From: Cenarchaeum sp.
Lineage (GTDB): Archaea > Thermoproteota > Nitrososphaeria > Nitrososphaerales > Nitrosopumilaceae
Direction: 5' to 3'
DNA: 64,000 nucleotides
Assembly (NCBI GenBank): GCA_963693095.2
Contig: OY843768.1
Span: forward strand, 1,056,001-1,120,000
Shown: positions 38,830 through 47,291 of the stretch, in pieces
Position numbering within the stretch: the first letter of the stretch is position 1
Layout: every line of letters begins with the position of its first letter
Translations under genes and position numbers: made by a program
Notes under the pieces: model-generated
What the model was told of the DNA's origin: nothing
Seen by the model: the letters and a program-made list of their open reading frames with translations, nothing else
Databases searched by the model: none

Positions 38830-41800
38830 CCTATGGAGATCGTGACCTCTTTGCTGGCGGGGTCTGATCCCGTGGCGGCCATCACCGTGAATGTGTGCTC
38901 GCCGACCGTTGCAGACGCTTGTGACGCGTCAACCGTTATCGTGGCCCTGTTGATGGCCGTGTTCTGCACGGTCACAAAGTCAGGCTGACCCGAGAGTAGC
39001 ACTATGGCGAATCCTCCCCCCTCCACGCGCGTGACATTGACAGCAAATGAGCGCACCTCCCCAGTCGTTACTGACGCACCGTCGAGTCCACCGACCGTAA
39101 ACTCGATTTGTGCTGCGGGGGCCGGGGCTGGCGCGGGGGCCGGGGCTGGCGCGGGGGCCGGGGCTGGCGCGGGGGCCGGGGCTGGCGCGGGGGCCGGGGC
39201 TGGCGCGGGGGCGGTGTTCTTGTCTACGCCATTAGAGATTTCTGACAGGTCAAGGTAGTTGACGTCACCGATTACGTGAACGCCGGGCGTGGATGAAGAG
39301 CCTTTGACGGCACCGCTGTACGTTATGAGCACAGAGTGCCCATCGGTGTCCACATTTGCGCCAACTATGGCATAACGGTCGTCATCCATTCGGTAGTCCA
39401 CCATGTCGACTTGGAGAGGATCCAACACCTTGTCATAGACTATCCTAATGGTTCCCGGCTTGACATTCTCTGCATACAGCACAGACGGCTCAACTAGCGA
39501 GACGTCGATTGTGCGGTGTTTTGTTGTTAGACGTGTGCCAGACGTGCCAGACGTGCCAGACGTGCCAGACGTGCCAGACGTGCCAGACGTGCCAGACGTG
39601 CCAGACGTGCCAGACGTGCCAGACGTGCCAGACGTCGAATCTAGTGGCACAATAGAGATGGCGTTCGCCATGCTACGGCCATGCCTTTCGACCACCATCA
39701 TCTTGTTGTTTCCAAGATGCTCGATTTGGGTAAAGTAAGAGGGCGAGTCCCGCGGATGTGGAAATTCCGTTATGAACCCATAGGACGCAGTCGCGTTGTT
39801 AGTCGCGATATTGTATGAATGCAAGAGGCGATCAAGCGGATCCCGCGTGGCCGTATACAGCAGACCGTTATAGTAGTCCATCGCGATCGGGAATTCCGCC
39901 GTGCAACAACGCGGCGGTACGATTATGGACAGTGGTGAGCCTTGCTTATAGTGTAGCGCGACGTGTGCGTTGTGCTGCGGTGACAGCTTGTACATGTCGG
40001 TCAGGAAAGATCCTCCATCATATGCCTCAATGCCCTGACCAAAGCGCGACAAGGAGCCAGAGTCATGCCATGGGCTGTGCGCAACGCCTAGCAGCTCGCC
40101 ATTGGTCTCATTGAACGTCTGCAGCTCCCCGTCGCGGTAAGACGTTATCCCACGCGCAGTGTTGTATGCGTCATAGTCAACCGTAGGGGCATGCAGCGAG
40201 GAGACAATATGCACCGTTCCCGACGATTTGTCGTCTTGATCGTTGTGTACGGACATGCGCTCCCCAAAGCGATCATTGCGCATGGGGTCGGGGTTTGGTA
40301 TCTCGTATGCAAGCCCCCAGGTCGTGGTGTTGTACACATAGACGCGCCCCACGGACTTTACGTGGCCGTTCGAATAGTCGGCCATGGATACAAACAGCCG
40401 GTCGCCGGAGGACGCCATTGAAGAGCCAAAGTTGCCCTGCACACCCGCCGGTCCGCGGATCGTCGCAATGGGGCTAGTCGACGCGGAGCTAAAGATTTGA
40501 ACGACAGACGTCCCGTCTGACGCGCACGCCTGACACATGAGGGCAAACCTAGTGTCGCTTTTTGAACTCTGTATGGCAGTCATGTGATCATATAAATTGG
40601 TCGTTGAGAAGGTCATCGTTGTGGGTGTAATCGCGTTCGTTGTATCATACACCGATATGTGCTTTGGGCCGACTGCCCCCAACGGCCTTTCATACAGGGC
40701 AAGCAGATCACCTGTGAGCGGCGCGACTCCGGCAAACCAGTATCCCGCCTTAGGAAAAATAGTATCCGTGGCGTCGGACAGCATGTGAGGTGGAGGAATT
40801 GGACGCGTTTGCACTTTGACTATCTGCGTGTCAGTGGACGTGTTGCCGCGCGAGTCAGTCGCGGTCCACGTCACGGCCGTGCTTCCAAGCCCAAAGGAGG
40901 CGGGGTTGTTGTTTGTCACCACCGGTCGCGGATCCGCCAGATCCGAGACGGTTGGAAACCCTTGGCGAGCCAACGCATTGCCAGAAACAGGGGGCGGAGG
41001 GCCGTACAGGGCATCAGGCGGTGCCACTATTGAGGGCCCCGTGGTGTCCACCACCGTGACGGCCTGCGTTGCGCTAGCCGAGTTTCCCTCGCCGTCAGTG
41101 GCGGTCCACATCACCGTGTTTGCCCCAACGGCCAGTCCCGACTTTGCGCTAGATACTAGAGCTGGACTTTGCGTGACAAGGTCAGTCGCAGTCGCCTTGC
41201 CGGGGTTTATGCTTGACAGCGGGGTCATGAATGCCGTAGCCTCCACGGTTGCCGCCGCCGGCGGCGTCACGGTAGGTGGCGTGGTGTCGCGTACCACAGT
41301 CGCCCGAGTCACGGCAACGGTGTTTCCTGAATCATTAGAGGTGGTGCATAACGTACGAGTGATTCCCAATGGTAGATTCGGCCGCAATTCACACGTGATC
41401 GACGCCCAATAGGAGGCAGATCCCTCGGCCTGGCTGGATCGAGGAGGTAGTGGCGTGAGTGAACCCGTGGCCTCTATCACGCGTGTGGTTTGTGGTGGGT
41501 GTGGCGGCGGCGTTGTGTTGACGACCACGACGGCCTGACGGTCATGCGCCGTCTCACCAGAGTTGGTGGCAGTCCACGTCACAACGGTGATCCCCGCGGG
41601 CAGGGCAGTCGTGCTCGCGATGCTGCTCGTCGCTTGGACTCCCAACACATCAGTCGTGGCGGTTCCGCATTTTGCCTGTGCCCACGTGGTGAGCGGATAC
41701 ACAAGCTCCACGACGCACGCCGGAGGCGCAGTCACGGTCAGGGCCGCGGCAGGGGTGACGCCATGCGGCGCGCAGGCCGCTAGCGCGACGGCCAGGACCG

Positions 41801-41837
41801 CTCCGAGGACCAGTGTAAAGCGCACTGCGGCGGACAA
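38826..41837 (-). CDS. Secreted or lipoprotein HYR-repeat plus FG-GAP-like beta-propeller protein (1003 aa)
   Basis: LAAC lipobox-like signal; 'G.T.VTWTATD..GN' HYR modules; NFGSSMA, DRFGERM; (GTS)n and (AP)n linkers. Confidence 0.82.
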   Translation of the reverse strand: MSAAVRFTLVLGAVLAVALAACAPHGVTPAAALTVTAPPACVVELVYPLTTWAQAKCGTATTDVLGVQATSSIASTTALPAGITVVTWTATNSGETAHDRQAVVVVNTTPPPHPPQTTRVIEATGSLTPLPPRSSQAEGSASYWASITCELRPNLPLGITRTLCTTSNDSGNTVAVTRATVVRDTTPPTVTPPAAATVEATAFMTPLSSINPGKATATDLVTQSPALVSSAKSGLAVGANTVMWTATDGEGNSASATQAVTVVDTTGPSIVAPPDALYGPPPPVSGNALARQGFPTVSDLADPRPVVTNNNPASFGLGSTAVTWTATDSRGNTSTDTQIVKVQTRPIPPPHMLSDATDTIFPKAGYWFAGVAPLTGDLLALYERPLGAVGPKHISVYDTTNAITPTTMTFSTTNLYDHMTAIQSSKSDTRFALMCQACASDGTSVVQIFSSASTSPIATIRGPAGVQGNFGSSMASSGDRLFVSMADYSNGHVKSVGRVYVYNTTTWGLAYEIPNPDPMRNDRFGERMSVHNDQDDKSSGTVHIVSSLHAPTVDYDAYNTARGITSYRDGELQTFNETNGELLGVAHSPWHDSGSLSRFGQGIEAYDGGSFLTDMYKLSPQHNAHVALHYKQGSPLSIIVPPRCCTAEFPIAMDYYNGLLYTATRDPLDRLLHSYNIATNNATASYGFITEFPHPRDSPSYFTQIEHLGNNKMMVVERHGRSMANAISIVPLDSTSGTSGTSGTSGTSGTSGTSGTSGTSGTSGTSGTRLTTKHRTIDVSLVEPSVLYAENVKPGTIRIVYDKVLDPLQVDMVDYRMDDDRYAIVGANVDTDGHSVLITYSGAVKGSSSTPGVHVIGDVNYLDLSEISNGVDKNTAPAPAPAPAPAPAPAPAPAPAPAPAPAPAPAPAAQIEFTVGGLDGASVTTGEVRSFAVNVTRVEGGGFAIVLLSGQPDFVTVQNTAINRATITVDASQASATVGEHTFTVMAATGSDPASKEVTISIG
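39121..39210. repeat. Perfect 18-bp tandem repeat x5 encoding (AP)n
   Basis: GCCGGGGCTGGCGCGGGG repeated. Confidence 0.95.
39535..39635. repeat. Perfect 9-bp tandem repeat x~11 encoding (GTS)n
   Basis: GACGTGCCA repeated. Confidence 0.95.
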
Positions 41838-41839
41838 GG

Positions 41840-44623
41840 CTACTTTGCCCCCCCTGGCCGCGCATAGCTGCCAATATCGCCGACCATCTCCACTGTGGGA
41901 TCTTCCTCGCCGTCGGTGGTGCCAATGTACTCTAGTGTGACAGTTTTGCCCGATGCGCTGACTGACACTATGGTAAGTCCACTGCTGAGATCATAGTCAT
42001 CAAGGTCAACCTCGAACTCGTCAACTGACACGTCGTACGTGAGCGTGACCGTGCCATCGCCATGAGCCGTGGATGACAGCACTGGAGGAGACAGTGTCAC
42101 CGGTGACGGGATGTCGGCCGCGCCAGACGCTCCGGCTGCTCCAGATGCGCCGGCCGCGCCAGACGCTCCGGCCAACGACGGTCTGATTCCGGCGATGCTT
42201 GGTAGATCCAGCACATGCACGCTCGTCGACTTGCCCCTGTACTCCGAGGCTGCCATGATCGTGCCCCCCAACGGCTCGAGCGCAAATCCAAAGTGTGTCA
42301 CAGAACCGCCGGGGTTGGAAAATGAACCGACGTGCGCGCCAGTTATTGCGTCGTACGCCGTGATCTGGCCTCCTCCCACAGCATACCTGTCACCGGCATA
42401 CAGGAGCCCGTTGGCAACTGCGAGCCTGCTGCCAAAGTCGCGCGCGCAACACGCGGAAGGCTCTACGGTTCCCGCCAGCGCACCTGACGAGTCATAGTGG
42501 CGCACCTTGCCGACCCATGACGTGCCTGCCCGTATGTACGACTCGCCAACGAATACACCACGAGCATCATCAGGCACGATCGCCTGATGCGCGTACTGTG
42601 TGCCAGTAGTTCCCGGTGAAGCCACGGCAGTCCAGAGCGTGCCAGACGTCCCCACCTTGAAGGCATACACTGCGCCCTTCTTGCCGTTGTGGTCACGCGA
42701 GCCGGCATAGACATACTCGCCCGTGCTGTCCTCAAAGGCGGCGAGCTGCCGTCCGAACTGGTCAGCAGCATCGGCGTCGGGGTTCTCTAGCGTCCAGAGG
42801 AGGGCGCCGTTGGAGACGTTGTAGATGTACACCCTGCCCACATCAGACACCGTTCCGGCGTCGTGTCTGTGGGCGGCAACGGCGATCTTGTCTCCCAACG
42901 AGGCCATGAACGCTCCAAAGGCGTCGCCCGTGCCGCCGCCATCAGCAGTGGCAGACGGGTTTCCTATGGTGCGCACGTGCGAGCCCGTGGCAGGGTTGAA
43001 GACCTGCACGCTGCCGACAAACCTGCCGGCCGCATCATATCCGCGGGCGCCTACGGCGACGGCCGGAGCGCCATCCACACCGTCAACTGTGGCGATCGAC
43101 CCACCAAAGTACTGGTAGGCGCGCTGCGTTGGCGCATAGTGGAGCGTCCTGTCCAAGACCCCGTCATTGGAGCCGTACACGTGGACCGCGCCAGCCCTGG
43201 ACTTGCTGTCCTTTTCAAATAGCGTGTTGCTCACGAAGAGCAGGTCGCCCGAGTGACCCAGCTGGTGCCCAAACCCGTTTGCCCACAGCGCTGGCGCCGA
43301 GGGGGGCGAGATCGTGCGCAATATGCGGTTTGAAACCACGGTGATGTCCTGCGTGGCAGATGCCGAGTTTCCCCAGTCGTCAGTGGCAGTCCACGTGACA
43401 GTCGTGGTTCCTAGCGGGAGCGAGGACGGCGCATCAGAGGTGATCGACACAGATGCGTCAACCAGGTCCGTCGCAGTCGCAGCACCGATATCCACGGACG
43501 AGAGGGTCACTGGGACAGCCGAGTCAATCAGTACGTCCTGTGGTGGAGTGACTGTCGGTGGTGTCGTGTCAACTACTGCCACTGCCTGCGTCGTCGACCG
43601 GACATTGCCTCCGGAATCCGTGGCTGTCCACAGTATGCGATGTAATCCAGGCGCGAGCGGAGCATTCAGGTTGTTTGTCACCCGGATCGTGGACGGGGCA
43701 GCCGCGTCGACTGCAGTGGCACTTCCAAGATCTGATGCCGAGATGGCCGTCATTGGCGCCGTCGCCTCGATGACGCGCGGTGGTGGTGCGGTAAGCACTG
43801 GGGACGTCGTGTCGATGACGAGTATCCTCTGGATGCCGGAGCTCGAGTTGCCCGAGCCGTCCGTGGCGGTCCACTCCACGAGGGTTTTGCCAAGTGGGAA
43901 TGTCTGCGTCGCGTTGCTTGTTATCGAGATCGAGGCGGCGGGTGTGGCCAAGTCAGTCGCAGTCGCCGAGCCGTACTGCGTCGCAGTCATTGGCGTCATT
44001 GGAGCCGACGCCTGATGGAGATACGGGCCGGGAATCCTCACCACAGGCGGCGTTGTGTCCGCCACGTAGATGCAGCCTGATGCTGAGGATGTGTTGTTTA
44101 GGTTGTCCGTCGCTGTCCACGTTATCGTGGTCTTGCCCAGTGGAAATCCCGCTGGCGGCGCGTTGGTGGTGACTGACTTTACACCAGACGGTCCGTCGAC
44201 TACGATCGTGGTGTCGTATTTGGACGACGGTATATTTGTGAGCACTCCTGTCGCCTCAAACTCAAGGCACGGGGGCAGCGTGATAGTCGGGCCTCTGGTG
44301 TCCCTGAGCGTGATCTTTTGCGTGTCTGTTGCCGTCTCACCTGCGACTGCGGCAGTCCACGTTATCGTCGTCGTACCCAGAGCAAAGTATCGCGGAGCGT
44401 CGTTTGTGATAATTATCGCATCGGTGCTGTTGCTAGTTGCAGTGGCAGTACCGATGTCCGAGGCTCGGACGTGCGTCGTTGGACTGTATGCCTCAAACGT
44501 TCTGTCCGGCGGGGCAGCTATGATCAGAGCCTCGGCGTGCGCAGTGGCCACGAACATGACGGCAACTAGGGCCAGTAGCGACATTGCAGCTACGGGAGCC
44601 AAATGAGCTGTCCTGACCAGCAT
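41840..44623 (-). CDS. Secreted protein with five HYR domains and an FG-GAP (integrin-alpha-like) beta-propeller (927 aa)
   Basis: Signal peptide; five 'G.T.I.WTATD' HYR units; YFGGSIA, DAFGAFMA, VGRVYIY, DQFGRQLA; GASGAA linker. Confidence 0.85.
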   Translation of the reverse strand: MLVRTAHLAPVAAMSLLALVAVMFVATAHAEALIIAAPPDRTFEAYSPTTHVRASDIGTATATSNSTDAIIITNDAPRYFALGTTTITWTAAVAGETATDTQKITLRDTRGPTITLPPCLEFEATGVLTNIPSSKYDTTIVVDGPSGVKSVTTNAPPAGFPLGKTTITWTATDNLNNTSSASGCIYVADTTPPVVRIPGPYLHQASAPMTPMTATQYGSATATDLATPAASISITSNATQTFPLGKTLVEWTATDGSGNSSSGIQRILVIDTTSPVLTAPPPRVIEATAPMTAISASDLGSATAVDAAAPSTIRVTNNLNAPLAPGLHRILWTATDSGGNVRSTTQAVAVVDTTPPTVTPPQDVLIDSAVPVTLSSVDIGAATATDLVDASVSITSDAPSSLPLGTTTVTWTATDDWGNSASATQDITVVSNRILRTISPPSAPALWANGFGHQLGHSGDLLFVSNTLFEKDSKSRAGAVHVYGSNDGVLDRTLHYAPTQRAYQYFGGSIATVDGVDGAPAVAVGARGYDAAGRFVGSVQVFNPATGSHVRTIGNPSATADGGGTGDAFGAFMASLGDKIAVAAHRHDAGTVSDVGRVYIYNVSNGALLWTLENPDADAADQFGRQLAAFEDSTGEYVYAGSRDHNGKKGAVYAFKVGTSGTLWTAVASPGTTGTQYAHQAIVPDDARGVFVGESYIRAGTSWVGKVRHYDSSGALAGTVEPSACCARDFGSRLAVANGLLYAGDRYAVGGGQITAYDAITGAHVGSFSNPGGSVTHFGFALEPLGGTIMAASEYRGKSTSVHVLDLPSIAGIRPSLAGASGAAGASGAAGASGAADIPSPVTLSPPVLSSTAHGDGTVTLTYDVSVDEFEVDLDDYDLSSGLTIVSVSASGKTVTLEYIGTTDGEEDPTVEMVGDIGSYARPGGAK

Positions 44624-44985
44624 GACCCGCCGTGCCCACTACGATATATTAGCATGACGTGCCTGCAGGCCGCGCTCACGCATGGAACATGGCGAATCCC
44701 GCAGGTCACCTGCCAGGTGTTTTGTGTCCCCTGCCCAACACGCCGGACCACCAGGTCACAGACGGCGGCACGTCGGCCAGCGCCACATGACTCCTGTGGA
44801 TTGACACAGGTAGCGGGTAGCGAGGAGAAGCCAGCCATGGAGCACAGTCCAGTCTCGCCAGTGTTTCACACATTGCGCCGCAAGGACACGCGCTGCACGA
44901 CGCCTGCCAGAGACGCAGAAACGCACATCAGCGCGAAACCAACACCTTCATCGCCAACACGTCACGCCAGTGCGCACAGCGAGCG

Positions 44986-45828
44986 CTAGCCGTAGGACTC
45001 GAACTTTACCTCAAAGGAGCCATCGGCCCGCTTGTCGCGCTGTGTCACAAATCCGGACGGCTTTAGATAGTCCATCGAGCCGTCTATTGTCCCCTGCCAG
45101 CCGCAGATGTAGAACATTGTGTTCTCTTTTGTGATCTTTTCGCCGACGAGCTTTTCGAGCGGCGAGCGGCCGTCCTCGCCGGGGCGCAGGAACGTCTCGA
45201 CCCTGCCCGTGTGGCCGCCCCATGACCGGTTGAACCACTCTTGCGGGCGGCTGATCGCGGCCCTGTAGGTAAAGTTCCACTTGTCGCGCCCGCGATCGAG
45301 GCTCTCGTGCTCTAGGTCCGTAAAGAGCGACTTGTAGCTAAGCTCGTCAACATAGCTTGCGCCGTGGAGAACGACGATCTCGCGCCTGTCCCCCACATCA
45401 CGAAGGTGGGACGCAAAGCTCGCAAAAGGCGCAATCCCCGTGCCGCCTCCGATGCACACAATCCGGCGATCATCGCGACGGCCGTCAGGAAGCTTGTCAT
45501 TGATGAGCAGCGCGGCGCCAGTCGGGCGTATCCAGCTGACCTCGTCGCCCTCTTTTGCGTTAAAGAGCTGCGTCGTGAGCCTCCCAGGGAGGGGCTTGCG
45601 AACCCAGCGTATGACTAGCTCGATGTACTTGCGGTTCTCTGGATGCGAGGCAATAGAGTAGGCCCGCCGGATCAAGTTCTTCTCGCCGGGCACGTTCATG
45701 CCCAGCGTGATGAACTGGCCGGCCTTGTACTCGGGAACCTCGCCGTCGTTGGGCACTAGGCGGAATATTCCGAGATCCTCCTTTAGGAGCTGCACGTATG
45801 TCAGCGTCGCCTTGTTGTCCGTGACCAT
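44986..45828 (-). CDS. fpr: Ferredoxin--NADP+ reductase
   Basis: YKAGQF, RRAYSIAS, GGTGIAPF, FYICG, C-terminal FESYG; start trimmed to ATG 45828. Confidence 0.93.
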   Translation of the reverse strand: MVTDNKATLTYVQLLKEDLGIFRLVPNDGEVPEYKAGQFITLGMNVPGEKNLIRRAYSIASHPENRKYIELVIRWVRKPLPGRLTTQLFNAKEGDEVSWIRPTGAALLINDKLPDGRRDDRRIVCIGGGTGIAPFASFASHLRDVGDRREIVVLHGASYVDELSYKSLFTDLEHESLDRGRDKWNFTYRAAISRPQEWFNRSWGGHTGRVETFLRPGEDGRSPLEKLVGEKITKENTMFYICGWQGTIDGSMDYLKPSGFVTQRDKRADGSFEVKFESYG

Positions 45829-45908
45829 ATGCGCCACTCGCGCCGCTCGCGCCGTTAAATACCTTGTGAGCGCCACGGGCAACGGTGGGCCGGACAGGCC
45901 TTGCGTGT

Positions 45909-46047
45909 GGCCATAATGCCCAGGGCTCCCCATAGGGTCAGACGGCAGGCCAGCCATGGGCAGGCTCCACGTGCGGGTCTCCCACGGGGCACGACTGCCC
46001 CGGGATGCAAAGGTCCCTGTGGGGCACCCCATGCTACGGGCATGGCC
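45909..46047 (-). ncRNA. Candidate structured non-coding RNA of unknown family
   Basis: Ends pair (GGCCATGCCC / GGGCATTATGGCC), long inner stem and three hairpins; TATA-like TTTAAC just upstream. Confidence 0.35.
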
Positions 46048-46100
46048 AAGCTGCGCGCGCGTTAAAGCCTTAAAATACCGCCGCAGCGCGCCCGTGCGCC

Positions 46101-46511
46101 GTGTCAAAGCCAGCAGACCTAGGATCGCTAAAGGTGGGCTCGTACATACTCTTGCCCGTCTCTGACCAGCCCACCGGCGAGGCGTGCAGGATTGTAGAGT
46201 ATGACACGAGCAAGCCAGGCAAGCACGGCTCGGCCAAGGCAAGAATCGTCGGCGTCGGCGTCTTTGACGGCCAAAAGCGCCCGCACGTCGGGCCGGTGAG
46301 CATGCAGATTCACGTCCCCCTGATCGACAAGCGGACCGCGCAGGTCATATCGATCAGCGGCGAGACGATACAGATCATGGACTCTGAGACCTTTGAGACC
46401 ATAGATGTCACGATGGTCGACGACGAGATAAAGGGCACAGTCGAGAACGGCCAGAACGTAGAGTACTGGACCGTCATGGGCATGACTAAAATAATGCGCG
46501 TCAGGGGCTGA
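46101..46511 (+). CDS. eif5a: Translation factor aIF-5A
   Basis: Hypusine loop SKPGKHGSAK. Confidence 0.97.
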   Translation: MSKPADLGSLKVGSYILLPVSDQPTGEACRIVEYDTSKPGKHGSAKARIVGVGVFDGQKRPHVGPVSMQIHVPLIDKRTAQVISISGETIQIMDSETFETIDVTMVDDEIKGTVENGQNVEYWTVMGMTKIMRVRG

Positions 46512-46516
46512 GCGCA

Positions 46517-46576
46517 GCGCCGATGAAATGCGGAAAAGCCATCTGATGATGATGAGGATTATGAGTTACGAGGCGC
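46517..46576 (+). ncRNA. Box C/D sRNA predicted to guide 2'-O-methylation of C34 in tRNA-Met(CAU)
   Basis: Terminal stem GCGCC/GGCGC; C-like CGATGA, D' CTGA, C' TGATGA, D-like ACGA; guide GGATTATGAG complementary to CUCAUAAUCC. Confidence 0.72.
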
Positions 46577-46604
46577 CATGCCACCTGCAGGGTTTAGGGG
46601 CGGC

Positions 46605-47291
46605 GTGAGGCTAGCTGCGCTAATGTCAGGTGGCAAGGACAGCGCGTATGCGGCGCATCTTGCGAGCTCTAGCGGGCACGATATCGCCTGCATTGTCGGC
46701 GCGCTGCCAGAGAGCGGCGAGAACATGGTATATCACCACCCCAACGCGCAGCACGTTGCGCTGCACGCCGAGGCCATGGGCGTGCCGCTAGTCAGCTTTG
46801 CCGCACCGGCCGCCGACGGTGACGCACTAGCACTTGCGCTCGCCGAGGCTGTGCGCGAGCACGATATTGACGGAGTTGTCCACGGCGGGATCAGCAGCGC
46901 GTTTCAGCGCGACACGTTTGCGGCGGCAGCCAAGAGTGCGGGCATTCAGGCCATTGCGCCCCTGTGGGGGCACGGCGGCGTTGCGCACCTGCGCGCGCTC
47001 CTCGCCGCGCAGTTTAGGTTTGTCATAGTCGCCGTCTCAGCCGGCGGCCTCGGGGCCGAGTGGCTTGGGGTCGAGGTGACTGACGGGGCAGTCCATAGGC
47101 TAGGGCGCCTCGCCGAAGAGTTTGGCTTTGACGCGTCATTTGAGGGCGGCGAGGCCGAGACGTTTGTCACCGAGTGCCCGCTCTTTGCGCGCGCGATCGA
47201 GATTCGCGGCGCGACGGCGACGTGGGACGGGTACAGGGGAAGGTTTGAAATAGAGGACGCGGCCCTGCGCGCGCCATGCTCGACTCGCTAA
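46605..47291 (+). CDS. dph6: Diphthine--ammonia ligase
   Basis: SGGKDS PP-loop, APLW, FEGGEAETFV; start trimmed to GTG 46605. Confidence 0.9.
   Translation: MRLAALMSGGKDSAYAAHLASSSGHDIACIVGALPESGENMVYHHPNAQHVALHAEAMGVPLVSFAAPAADGDALALALAEAVREHDIDGVVHGGISSAFQRDTFAAAAKSAGIQAIAPLWGHGGVAHLRALLAAQFRFVIVAVSAGGLGAEWLGVEVTDGAVHRLGRLAEEFGFDASFEGGEAETFVTECPLFARAIEIRGATATWDGYRGRFEIEDAALRAPCSTR

Noticed and set aside
33632-44623. Surface operon as a tRNA-Pro-integrated island
   Set aside because: It lies on the 5' side of the tRNA, and no duplicated tRNA 3' end or integrase was seen
44650-44985. ORFs or element in the spacer between the surface operon and fpr
   Set aside because: The ORFs lack recognisable features; only a short palindrome (GCAGGTCACCTGC) was seen
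45855-46049. 64-aa ORF, or SRP/RNase P RNA
   Set aside because: The ORF has no protein-like pattern; the SRP helix 8 (GGAA loop/AGCAG) and RNase P GAGGAA motifs are absent
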